NCBI RefSeq assembly: GCF_014396165.1
Contig: NZ_CP060715.1
Span: 600,001-632,000 of the forward strand
Direction: 5' to 3'
DNA from: Erysipelothrix inopinata
Lineage (GTDB): Bacteria; Bacillota_I; Bacilli_A; Erysipelotrichales; Erysipelotrichaceae
DNA length: 32,000 nt
Shown: one piece after another, positions 23,849 through 32,000 of the stretch
Numbering within the stretch: the stretch's first letter is position 1
Layout of the letters: the number at the start of each line of letters is the position of its first letter
The notes under the pieces: generated by a model
The model's database searches: none
Told to the model about the DNA's origin: nothing
Seen by the model: the letters and a program-made list of their open reading frames with translations, nothing else
Translations under genes and position numbers: made by a program

Positions 23849-24055
23849 ACATTTCACCTCCATTATATTAATTATACGCAAATGATTCGATAGATACGTG
23901 ACAGATTTGTTAGCATATTGGAATATCTATGTGAAAACTTAGGTATAATCAGTCCTTTTTTATTATATCTCAATAAAAAATAGAATTCATATTGATGCTC
24001 TAAAAATATGAATAAATGTTATAATTGCGGTATTAATTTAAGAATGAGGTGTTCT

Positions 24056-24565
24056 ATGGAAATTATTAAATGTAAAACTGACGATCTTGAAGCTATTCAA
24101 AAAATTAGTAGAGAAACATTTTATGATACGTTTAAAGATACTGCATCTGCTGAAGATATGAGTCTGTTTTTGGATAAAAACTATGCACTGGATAAACTTA
24201 AGAAAGAATTTGAAAATCCGAATTCTGAATTCTATTTTTTAATGGATCGAGATAAAGTTGCAGGTTATTTAAAACTTAATTCTGATGAAGCACAAACAGA
24301 GAATATTGCTGATAATTCCTTTGAACTGGAACGAATTTATCTAGACAAAGATTATAAATTTCGTGGTCTGGGATCGGTTCTCTTCGACTTCGCAGAAAGT
24401 AAGGCACGTGACCTTAATAAATCTTCAATATGGTTAGGTGTGTGGGAGCACAACAAACCGGCATTGAGTCTTTATACTAAGAAAGGTTTAGAAGTTGTGG
24501 GTAGTCATCCTTACAATATCGAGAATGAACCTCAAACAGATTTAATTATGTTGAAAAAGCTATAG
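24056..24565 (+). CDS. GNAT family N-acetyltransferase
   Basis: The acetyl-CoA motif is FRGLGSVLF. A GAGGTG SD precedes the ATG at 24056. The track's start at 24008 adds 16 Cys-rich residues without an SD. Confidence 0.85.
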   Translation: MEIIKCKTDDLEAIQKISRETFYDTFKDTASAEDMSLFLDKNYALDKLKKEFENPNSEFYFLMDRDKVAGYLKLNSDEAQTENIADNSFELERIYLDKDYKFRGLGSVLFDFAESKARDLNKSSIWLGVWEHNKPALSLYTKKGLEVVGSHPYNIENEPQTDLIMLKKL

Positions 24566-24596
24566 AAAACGGTGAGATTTCCCACCGTTTTTTTTT
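24566..24596. terminator. Bidirectional rho-independent terminator
   Basis: AAAACGGTG-agatttcc-CACCGTTTT followed by a T run. It overlaps the stop of the convergent minus-strand gene. Confidence 0.7.
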
Positions 24597-25476
24597 ATCC
24601 TTGATAGTCATCAACAACAATAGGATAAGCAACATACATTTTATTCTGGTCTTTTGCAGCAGATTTTGCAAAATAGAAAGCAACTATTATTAGAGCTAAA
24701 GAACCAATACCAACATTGGCGATGTATGACCATAAAATTTCACTATCTGTAAAGGCATACGGCATAACCGTTGAGAGAATTTTAGAGAAAGAGATTTGCT
24801 TATCGAATACTTTATAAAACTTATAGGCCATACTCAAGTACTCAGATAACGTAATAGCGCAAAAATTTATAAGAAATATTAAAAATGAATCAGTTTTTGT
24901 TGGTCGACCAGAGTTTTTCTCGAAAATATGGTAAGAAGCGGCAACCATTGCGACACTAATGAGATATACAATATATCCCATCTGACTCACTAAAAACCAG
25001 CCAAATCCAAGGAGTATTGCAACACCAATTATTTTCAGATAGGTGTTAAGACGATTTCCAGAACGGTCATAAAAGTTTTCAGCATTAACCTTTTCTTCAA
25101 GATAAACTTCGTGGGATAAAATCAGAACATCGTTATTAATGCGATAGATTTTGATATCTTCAGGTTCAAGAGATATTTGACAGACTTGACGAATCGATTC
25201 ACTGATAAAAAAATCGATAATTTGAATTGCGTAGAATTCGAGTTCCTCAGGGGAGGGATGTTTCTTTTTAGTGTTTAAAGTTAAAAGGGCATTAGTCCAG
25301 GTAAATGAAAGATTAAAAACATCACTAAGATTTTCCTTTAAATATTTTTTTAATAATTTTGATTCTGTGCCATTTTCTCCCATAACACTGAAAACCATTG
25401 AATTCTTATTGATGATAAAATAGTAATCTCTATCTTCGCCAACGCTTGTATAGAGATCTTCGATATATGTAAGCAT
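24595..25476 (-). CDS. Hypothetical membrane protein (293 aa): cytoplasmic N-terminal domain of about 150 aa plus about 4 TM segments
   Basis: An AAGGAG SD lies 5 nt before the ATG at 25476. TM segments begin at IIGVAILLGFGWFLV. No family was recognised. Confidence 0.7.
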   Translation of the reverse strand: MLTYIEDLYTSVGEDRDYYFIINKNSMVFSVMGENGTESKLLKKYLKENLSDVFNLSFTWTNALLTLNTKKKHPSPEELEFYAIQIIDFFISESIRQVCQISLEPEDIKIYRINNDVLILSHEVYLEEKVNAENFYDRSGNRLNTYLKIIGVAILLGFGWFLVSQMGYIVYLISVAMVAASYHIFEKNSGRPTKTDSFLIFLINFCAITLSEYLSMAYKFYKVFDKQISFSKILSTVMPYAFTDSEILWSYIANVGIGSLALIIVAFYFAKSAAKDQNKMYVAYPIVVDDYQG

Positions 25477-25578
25477 AGTTTCTCCTTGGTATATATAGTA
25501 CAATGATAGAGTATTTATACCGATAATAGGTGAAATTATTATAAAACTTGAATTATCACAAGAATAGGAGTAACTAGT

Positions 25579-25908
25579 ATGTTAGATTTAGAAACATTTC
25601 AAAAAGTAGATATGAGAGTGGGGACAATTGTAGAAGCATCACTCAATGAAAAGGCGCGTAAGCCAGCCTATAAATTAAAAGTTGATTTAGGTGAAGAATT
25701 AGGAATTAAGAGTACTTCTGCACAAATTACAGACTTATACGAATGTGAATCTCTCGTAGGTCGTAAGGTAATTGCAGTTGTTAATTTTCCACCGCTTCAA
25801 GTCGCTTCAGTTAAGAGCGAAGTATTGGTTCTAGGATCTTTATCCGATCAGGGCGTTGTCTTACTCCAAGCAGGTGATGAGGCAAAAAATGGCGATAAAG
25901 TCGCTTAA
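25579..25908 (+). CDS. csaA: tRNA-binding-domain chaperone CsaA
   Basis: FQKVDMRVGTIVEA, STSAQIT, VIAVVNFPP and SEVLVLG closely parallel B. subtilis CsaA (recalled). Confidence 0.9.
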   Translation: MLDLETFQKVDMRVGTIVEASLNEKARKPAYKLKVDLGEELGIKSTSAQITDLYECESLVGRKVIAVVNFPPLQVASVKSEVLVLGSLSDQGVVLLQAGDEAKNGDKVA

Positions 25909-25922
25909 TAGTAACAAAAATA

Positions 25923-25944
25923 AAAGGCCACTTAGGTGGCCTTT
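25923..25944. terminator. Bidirectional rho-independent terminator
   Basis: AAAGGCCAC-ttag-GTGGCCTTT lies between csaA and the convergent ABC gene. Confidence 0.8.
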
Positions 25945-27701
25945 TATTGATAGCTCTCAAATACAAATTGGTTATGATAAAGTTCTGAATAGTGACCTTG
26001 ATCATCGAGAAGAGACTGGTGTGTTCCTTCTTCTATAATTTTTCCATTTTGTAATACAATAATATGATCTGCTTCAAGAATGGTTTTTAGACGGTGAGCA
26101 ATAACAAAACTTGTACGTCCTTTAACAATTTCATCCATTGCTGCTTGAATTTGATGTTCTGTAACGGTATCAACATTACTCGTAGCCTCATCCAAGATTA
26201 GAAGATCGGGGTTCACAAGCATGGTTCTCGCAATGCTTAGAAGTTGTTTTTGTCCAACACTCATGGCGCTGTTACTTTCGCTTACTAGAGTATCATAACC
26301 CTCTTCGAGTGTCATGATGAAATCATGAATATGAGCTTTCTTAGCAACAGAGATGACTTCCTCTCGGGAGGCATCGCGTTTTCCAAAGGCAATATTATCA
26401 TGAACTGTTCCAGTGAATACAACGGAGTCCTGAAGTACAATACCAACATGATTTCTTAAGGATGCTTTTGTAATGGTTCTTATATCCGTGCCATCAAACT
26501 TAATAGATCCTTTCTCAATATCATAGAATCGATTAAGTAAGTTCATAATCGTTGTCTTACCCGATCCAGTATGGCCAACAAGGGCAACCATCATGCCTTG
26601 ATCAACTTTGATATTAATATCCTTAAGGACATAATTGTCTTCGTCATATGCGAAGGATACATTATCAAGTTCAACATTACCTTGAATACCATCGATCGTA
26701 ATTGAATTCGGATTATCAACTTCTTCAGGCTCATTCATGATTTCCATAATTCGTTGAGCTCCAGTGAATGCAAGTTGCATTTGAGTAAATTGTGATGCAA
26801 TTTGTGAGAGTGGTTGGTAAATCATACGAACATATTGAGTATAAACAAAGAGTAGCCCAGCCGCTTCTTCAAGAGGCAATCTACCGCATGTCGTCATCCA
26901 AGCACCATAGAAAATTACGATACCACTTGTAACCATCTGGAGTCCCTGTAGTGTTGGGAAGAGTAAGTTTGGATAAAGAGTACTCTTAAATGTTGCTTGG
27001 AAGAGCTTCTCATTATATTCTTTAAAATTTTTAATTGAATCTTCTTGTAGACCATTCGCAATTACAAGTTTCTGTCCCGTAAAGCGTTCATCTGCAAAAC
27101 CATTCATTTCACCAATGCGACGTTGTTGTTGAGCCATTGCAACTTGTGCTTTCTTTAAGATAACCGTAGCAATGATTAACATAAAAGGAACGGTTGATAA
27201 CGCTACAAATGACAATTCAACATGATTCATAAACATTAAGACAAGTGTGAAACCAAGCATTGCTACATTGGAAATGATTTGATGAATCGATTGATTCAAT
27301 GTATTCGAGATATTATCTAAGTCACTTGTAAAGCGAGATAAAATTTCTCCATCGCTTGATTGATCAAAAAATCGAATCGGTAGTCGTTCTATCTTACTGA
27401 ATAAGTCTTTTCGCATGTGGTCTGTCGCATCACCTGAAATTTTAGTCATGACGACGTTTTGTACTAAACTAAAGATCCAGGATAATCCGGCAAAGAGTGC
27501 CATCATGAAGACAACGTTAAAAAATTGTGATTTATCTTGTGAACCAGCAAGATATTTAGTAAGTTCATTGATTGCTTCACCAATGAACTCAGGTGTTCTA
27601 ACAACAAAGTACATACTGAATAAAACACTAATAATAACAAGCGCTAGTTTAAATTTATACTCTTTAAGATAATGCCAAAAATATTTAAGTGATTCTTTCA
27701 T
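25944..27701 (-). CDS. ABC exporter permease/ATPase, consensus-NBD half of a heterodimer
   Basis: Six-TM domain plus an NBD. Walker A is GHTGSGKTT, Walker B is LLILDEATS (catalytic Glu present), and the H-loop is IAHRL. The signature is degenerate (MSVGQ). Confidence 0.93.
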   Translation of the reverse strand: MKESLKYFWHYLKEYKFKLALVIISVLFSMYFVVRTPEFIGEAINELTKYLAGSQDKSQFFNVVFMMALFAGLSWIFSLVQNVVMTKISGDATDHMRKDLFSKIERLPIRFFDQSSDGEILSRFTSDLDNISNTLNQSIHQIISNVAMLGFTLVLMFMNHVELSFVALSTVPFMLIIATVILKKAQVAMAQQQRRIGEMNGFADERFTGQKLVIANGLQEDSIKNFKEYNEKLFQATFKSTLYPNLLFPTLQGLQMVTSGIVIFYGAWMTTCGRLPLEEAAGLLFVYTQYVRMIYQPLSQIASQFTQMQLAFTGAQRIMEIMNEPEEVDNPNSITIDGIQGNVELDNVSFAYDEDNYVLKDINIKVDQGMMVALVGHTGSGKTTIMNLLNRFYDIEKGSIKFDGTDIRTITKASLRNHVGIVLQDSVVFTGTVHDNIAFGKRDASREEVISVAKKAHIHDFIMTLEEGYDTLVSESNSAMSVGQKQLLSIARTMLVNPDLLILDEATSNVDTVTEHQIQAAMDEIVKGRTSFVIAHRLKTILEADHIIVLQNGKIIEEGTHQSLLDDQGHYSELYHNQFVFESYQ

Positions 27702-27703
27702 TG

Positions 27704-29455
27704 TTAAAACTCCTTTCCGTCGTTATTGGGATGTTGATCTGCGTGATCATCGCGTCCCTTTTGAGTTTCAAAGATTTCACGATATACATCTGAATTTTGA
27801 ATGAGATCATGGTGTTTACCTTGAGCTACAAGACGTCCTTCATCTAAAACAAGAATATTATCGGCATGGACAATTGAAGAAATCTTTTGTGAAATAATAA
27901 CTTGTGTTGTTTCCGTTAGTTTTTCAATGAGTCCTTCTCGAACTAATTTCTCTGAATGAGCATCCAACGCACTGGTACTGTCATCCAAGATGAGAATTTT
28001 TGGATTACCAATGAGTCCACGAGCAATTGATAATCTTTGCTTTTGTCCACCGGAGAAGTTTGCACCACGTTGATAGACTGTTGCTTCAAATTGGCTAGCT
28101 TCTTTTTCAATAAATTCTAACGCCTGAGCAATTTCTGCTGCACGGACCATCTCTTCCAAGGTCGCATCTGCTTTACCTTGTCTTAAGGTATCAGCAATAG
28201 TACCTGAGAATAAGACGGGTCTTTGTAGAACAAGTGAGATATCTTGGTGGTAAGATGACTTACTAATTGTTGGGAAAGGGTGATTTCCAACTATAATATC
28301 ACCAGAACTCGGATCATAAATCCGCGCCATCAGTTGAACTAAAGTAGACTTACCAGAACCAGTAGCTCCAACAACCCCAATTGTTTCACCATGATTGATT
28401 GTAAAGCTAATATCTTGCAATGTTGGTTTATCTTGACCAAGGTAAGTAAAACTTACATTATCGAAACTAATTGAGCCGTTGTCGAGGTGAGGTCCTTCTT
28501 CGTTAAATGTCATATCCGCTTTTGTATTTAATACTTCGTTTATTCGACTCACAGAGACGAAAGCACGGGATGCGAAGCTAACCATCATACCGCCAATCAT
28601 CAACGACATCATAACCATAACGAGGTAACTGATGAACTTAACAGTGGATCCAATAACAGCAGGATCAATTTCTGTCATATTACCAATCATAAAGATTACG
28701 AATGCAGACATCCCATCCATGATGAGGAAGAATGTTGGAATCATAAAAGAGAAAATATATCCAACAACAATGATTTCATGAGTTAGTTTCTCACCTTCAG
28801 TGTTGAATTTCTTAATTTCCGCATCTTCTTGAACAAAACTTTTTACAACACGCATTCCCATGAAGTTTTCTTTCGCAATCGCATTGATGTTTTCAAGGTA
28901 GTGTTGAATTTTTGCAAACTTGGGTCCCATCATTCCAAATGAGACCATAACAACCAAAATGACAAGAACTAAAACGAGGAGGATGACCCACCAAAGTTGA
29001 GGCATTGTCATAATGGCAAGAATCAAACTACCAATAAACATTAACGGAATACGCATTAATGACATCAGAATAATAACCACAAGATTTTGTGCTTGTTGAG
29101 AATCGTTAGTCAGACGGATTACAAGATTGCTAGCACTAAACTTTTCAATATTGCTGTAAGAAAAAGTTTGCACTTTTGAAAAAATTGATTCCCTAATGTC
29201 GGAACCAATTCGTTGAGAAACCTTTGACGCAAGAACCGTATTCAAAATTCCAGCGACAAGCCCTAAGAGAGCAAGTCCAATAAGTACCATTCCGTAATAA
29301 CGAATTGTACTCGTATCGCTCACAACAATCGAATTGATAATCAATGATAGAATGTTAGGTTGGATTAACATCGTTACGACTGTAATGCCAACTAGTAGAA
29401 AAGAACCTATAAATGCTCCTTTATACTTTTTAATATATACTAAAAATAAATCCAT
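27704..29455 (-). CDS. ABC exporter permease/ATPase, degenerate-NBD half of a heterodimer
   Basis: Walker A is GATGSGKST and the signature is the canonical FSGGQ. Walker B is ILILDDSTS (Asp replaces the catalytic Glu) and the H-loop is ISQKIS (Gln replaces His). It ends 2 nt before the partner gene. Confidence 0.93.
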   Translation of the reverse strand: MDLFLVYIKKYKGAFIGSFLLVGITVVTMLIQPNILSLIINSIVVSDTSTIRYYGMVLIGLALLGLVAGILNTVLASKVSQRIGSDIRESIFSKVQTFSYSNIEKFSASNLVIRLTNDSQQAQNLVVIILMSLMRIPLMFIGSLILAIMTMPQLWWVILLVLVLVILVVMVSFGMMGPKFAKIQHYLENINAIAKENFMGMRVVKSFVQEDAEIKKFNTEGEKLTHEIIVVGYIFSFMIPTFFLIMDGMSAFVIFMIGNMTEIDPAVIGSTVKFISYLVMVMMSLMIGGMMVSFASRAFVSVSRINEVLNTKADMTFNEEGPHLDNGSISFDNVSFTYLGQDKPTLQDISFTINHGETIGVVGATGSGKSTLVQLMARIYDPSSGDIIVGNHPFPTISKSSYHQDISLVLQRPVLFSGTIADTLRQGKADATLEEMVRAAEIAQALEFIEKEASQFEATVYQRGANFSGGQKQRLSIARGLIGNPKILILDDSTSALDAHSEKLVREGLIEKLTETTQVIISQKISSIVHADNILVLDEGRLVAQGKHHDLIQNSDVYREIFETQKGRDDHADQHPNNDGKEF

Positions 29456-29660
29456 AATGCCTCCTTGCCAATGTTTTATGTCTAAAACAGATAGTCCCTA
29501 TTATACAGTAATAAAAAATATGATGATACTTATTTGATAGTAACTTCTTCCTGAAAATATGGTGAAATATGACAACTTAAATGTTAAAAATGGCATGTTA
29601 GCGCCAAAACGTTTGTGATATTAAAAAAATCCGTAAGATAGTGGTAAAGGAGAATACAGT

Positions 29661-30377
29661 ATGGAACATATATTCAAATGCGAAGTAAGCGATTTAAAAT
29701 TGAAAATAAATGCAGGGAGTATCAAGCATTTTGCAATCACATTTTCAGACCGTGAAGACATTCAAATTGTAGCTGAAGGAGATCTCTCTCAATATTCAAT
29801 ACAAAACGAGCGTACCTATATTGAGATTAGAACAACAGACAAAAACGTCGTCTCGTTGCCTGAGGATAAGATTACAATAGTGGAAAGTTTAAATATTGAT
29901 TTACCTCAAGAAATGAAACCACATCTTGATCTCAAAGCCATCGACTCATATATATTCTTAAATTACGAACAAGAGCAAGCATTTCCAACAATACGAATTG
30001 ATGGTGTAGGAATTAATACGGAGTTTAAGAACATTACCTCGAATGTTTCGTTTAATGCTCTAAACTCGATTCTTAAAACAGATGGATTACTCGGGAATAT
30101 CGATATTAATGGGTTAAACACAACATTGAACCTTTACAATATTAAAGATACAAATCTCAAAGTAAATGGATTGGCTGCAACATTAACAATTCATGAAGAA
30201 AATAATCCTGCAAACTTTAATATTAAAGTTATGGGATTGAATGCGACAGTACGTTATCATAATTACGAGAAAAAAGGATTGGGTAAAATGACATTTCAAT
30301 CTCCACAAGTTGCAGGAGCTCCATACTGCAATATCTCAGGTACTGGTGTAAAAACAACAATCACGATTAATGAATAA
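29661..30377 (+). CDS. Hypothetical repeat protein, beta-helix-like (possibly DUF4097-like)
   Basis: An AAAGGAG SD is present. There are six or more degenerate repeats of about 20 aa of the type xNGLNxTLxxxN (IDGVGINTEF, INGLNTTLNL, VNGLAATLTI, VMGLNATVRY, ISGTGVKTTI). There is no signal peptide or TM segment. Confidence 0.65.
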   Translation: MEHIFKCEVSDLKLKINAGSIKHFAITFSDREDIQIVAEGDLSQYSIQNERTYIEIRTTDKNVVSLPEDKITIVESLNIDLPQEMKPHLDLKAIDSYIFLNYEQEQAFPTIRIDGVGINTEFKNITSNVSFNALNSILKTDGLLGNIDINGLNTTLNLYNIKDTNLKVNGLAATLTIHEENNPANFNIKVMGLNATVRYHNYEKKGLGKMTFQSPQVAGAPYCNISGTGVKTTITINE

Positions 30378-30379
30378 AT

Positions 30380-30409
30380 AAAGCACAGCTCAAATTTGAA
30401 CTGTGCTTT
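30380..30409. terminator. Bidirectional rho-independent terminator
   Basis: AAAGCACAG, 12 nt, CTGTGCTTT followed by T, between convergent genes. Confidence 0.75.
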
Positions 30410-30417
30410 TACTTCGT

Positions 30418-31656
30418 TTAGTTCGGAGATACCGCGGAAACATCATAGTTATATACTTCCTTAACTTGATTTTTAGGAAGCCTGAAGAGGAAAATATAGC
30501 TTACTAGTTGAATAACTCCGAAAACTAATGCAATCGTTCCATATGGAAGATAAGCACCCATTAAACCAATTATCCCCTTGCTGAAGAAGATAGCCAAATT
30601 AATCATGACACCAAATAAAGCATTAACTTTTCCTAGGAGATTCTCAGGAACCATCGCAAGGATTGCACTCGTTCTAAAATTAGCAGATTGAGATCCCAAA
30701 AATCCAGCAATAAATTGTGTTATCAATAAAATGTGGAATGGCATGAAGAACATCAGTCCTTCAGCAAAAATAAAATAAATGAAAATTAATGAAGAAAGAA
30801 AAAAACGTTTTTTCGGTGGAATCTTAAAGATGTATAAAAAGAGGCCACCACATATATATCCGAATGAACTAACAGAAAGTAAAAGGGCATAGTTTTGTGA
30901 TCCAAACCCTGGTGTCGATGAAAAAAATGGGTATAAGAGAACTTCTTTAACACTATTCATCATCATTACGGTCATAAAAAACAGAAAAATAGATCTAATA
31001 CTGGGAGTGTTTTTTACAAAATCAAAGCCTAACTTTATATCATTACGAAAAGATTCGAAGGTTGGTTTCACAGGGTTCTCAAGAAAAGAGAATGACACAT
31101 CAATCTTACTTTCAATAAAAGCATCAATCAGAGAACAGATTGTACAAACCATAAAGAGAAACGGAACTCCTAGTGAATCTATTATCCACATGATGGCAGG
31201 AGTTGTTGCTACCGAACATAAAGGATAGATCATGTTCATGATAGAGTTTCCTTTATTAAAATTTTCTACATCCATAATCTTGGGTAGTATGCTGCCAGAA
31301 GCTAGCTGAGAGACAACACCAAGTAAGCTAATTAGGAAAGTAATTAATAACAAGAAGAAATAATTAAAACCAAAGCTATATAAATAAATTGCAGCAACTA
31401 AAAATACAACTGATAAAATAACTTCGTTAATAACAAGCACTTTCACGGGATGTTTACGGTCTATAAGAGCTCCAACAAAAATAGGTAATATAAATTGTGG
31501 AATCATCGATAAGCATGCAAATAGAGCAGAGAGAATCGTAGAATTTGTCTCGTTATATACAAAAACAGATAAACCTAAACTTAAACCAACACTTCCGATT
31601 GCAGAAATAATTGTACCTATAAAACTATAGGTGAAGTTTTTATTCCAAAGTTTCAT
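30418..31656 (-). CDS. MFS transporter (12 TM segments, efflux-type)
   Basis: Polytopic protein of 412 aa. The loop ALIDRKHPVKVL after TM2 resembles the MFS motif A region. AGGAGG SD. Confidence 0.88.
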   Translation of the reverse strand: MKLWNKNFTYSFIGTIISAIGSVGLSLGLSVFVYNETNSTILSALFACLSMIPQFILPIFVGALIDRKHPVKVLVINEVILSVVFLVAAIYLYSFGFNYFFLLLITFLISLLGVVSQLASGSILPKIMDVENFNKGNSIMNMIYPLCSVATTPAIMWIIDSLGVPFLFMVCTICSLIDAFIESKIDVSFSFLENPVKPTFESFRNDIKLGFDFVKNTPSIRSIFLFFMTVMMMNSVKEVLLYPFFSSTPGFGSQNYALLLSVSSFGYICGGLFLYIFKIPPKKRFFLSSLIFIYFIFAEGLMFFMPFHILLITQFIAGFLGSQSANFRTSAILAMVPENLLGKVNALFGVMINLAIFFSKGIIGLMGAYLPYGTIALVFGVIQLVSYIFLFRLPKNQVKEVYNYDVSAVSPN

Positions 31657-31692
31657 GAGAATACCTCCTACCTATAGTTTAAGCGGCGATAA

Positions 31693-31716
31693 TAAAAAAA
31701 CCTAGAAGACTAGGTT
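31693..31716 (-). terminator. Rho-independent terminator of the upstream (3' partial) minus-strand gene
   Basis: The minus strand has AACCTAG-tctt-CTAGGTT followed by TTTTTTT. Confidence 0.75.
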
Positions 31717-31728
31717 GGGAAAGTGCGT

Positions 31729-31742
31729 ACCAAATATTTGGT
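31729..31742. repeat. Perfect 14-bp palindrome ACCAAATATTTGGT
   Basis: Self-complementary sequence read directly. It lies between the stop of the partial ORF and its terminator. Confidence 0.6.
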
Positions 31743-31762
31743 TTAAATGCGAGTATTTAATG

Positions 31763-31999
31763 TTAATTAGGAAAGTTGGAAAGATCCAATGCACGTTTGT
31801 ACCTTTTTTGTTTTTTGTAAATCGACACCAACATATTCTGGATGAAAATTGCTCTAGTATAAATATTGGATTTAAGATTTTTATCGAGGATGGATTCAAT
31901 TAAAATTGCATAATTTCGCTCAAGATAAAACATTGAATGAGAAACGGCATACTCTAGCGCTTCATACTCAAGAGACTCTTTCCATGTATTATCAGATAC
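31763..31999 (-). CDS. C-terminal 78 codons of a gene extending beyond the window; function unknown
   Basis: The minus-strand frame is open from the window edge to TAA (31765-31763): VSDNTWKESLEYEALEYAVSHSMFYLERNYAILIESILDKNLKSNIYTRAIFIQNMLVSIYKKQKRYKRALDLSNFPN. A terminator follows. It is absent from the ORF track because the start lies outside the window. Confidence 0.5.
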   Translation of the reverse strand, partial: VSDNTWKESLEYEALEYAVSHSMFYLERNYAILIESILDKNLKSNIYTRAIFIQNMLVSIYKKQKRYKRALDLSNFPN

Positions 32000-32000
32000 G

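Noticed and set aside
29540-29640. A 31-codon minus-strand ORF (MPFLTFKLSYFTIFSGRSYYQISIIIFFITV) upstream of the ABC operon, considered as a BmrB-like regulatory leader peptide.
   Set aside because: It has no SD, lies upstream of (and runs into) the only plausible -10 (TATAAT, 29505-29500), and has no alternative hairpins downstream.
31702-31903. Track ORFs 31702-31899 (-) and 31715-31903 (+).
   Set aside because: They overlap a terminator and intergenic sequence. A different minus-strand frame stays open to the window edge and ends just before the terminator, and that frame is the more credible coding frame.
1-32000. Whole-window scan for transposases, integrases, phage genes, toxin-antitoxin pairs, restriction-modification or other defence modules, CRISPR arrays, and rRNA or tRNA genes.
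   Set aside because: None was recognised. Gene content and synteny are those of a core chromosomal region, so I do not claim a defence island or mobile element.

Overview
This is a low-GC Bacillota-type chromosomal segment made up mostly of conserved housekeeping genes in familiar synteny. In order: a 5'-truncated TadA-GNAT fusion, a sortase, dnaX-recR plus an orphan ORF, a CYTH protein, nadK, a SEDS (FtsW/RodA) protein, an EIICB-like gene heading mutS-mutL-miaA, two degV paralogs, yigZ plus a Fur-family regulator, a CatE-like VOC protein plus a CDF exporter, and pyrF-pyrE behind an attenuator-like leader. These are followed by an orphan divergent from a DtxR-family regulator, a PAP2 phosphatase, several orphan secreted or membrane proteins, a GNAT, csaA, a heterodimeric ABC exporter, a beta-helix-like repeat protein, an MFS transporter and a 3' partial ORF. 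I saw no rRNA, complete tRNA, CRISPR array, transposase, integrase, phage gene or recognisable defence or toxin module, and no convincing multi-gene novel system. The window reads as core genome with a few lineage-specific orphans. The most unusual items are listed here. (1) A cysteine-free PTS EIICB look-alike lacks the GITE Glu, the EIIB phospho-Cys and the GLHH histidines, and is translationally coupled to mutS. (2) A 287-aa orphan is coupled to recR where ybaB is missing, with a PUA/EVE-like N-terminal pattern. (3) TadA is fused in frame to a GNAT domain. (4) Four genes without a Shine-Dalgarno share a -10 hexamer / 6 nt / ATG layout, suggesting leaderless mRNAs. (5) A tRNA 3'-half-like motif lies antisense in the mutL linker. 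(6) A small signal-peptide ORF has its own promoter and terminator. All functional calls come from by-eye motif recognition and recalled homolog sequences. No searches were run.
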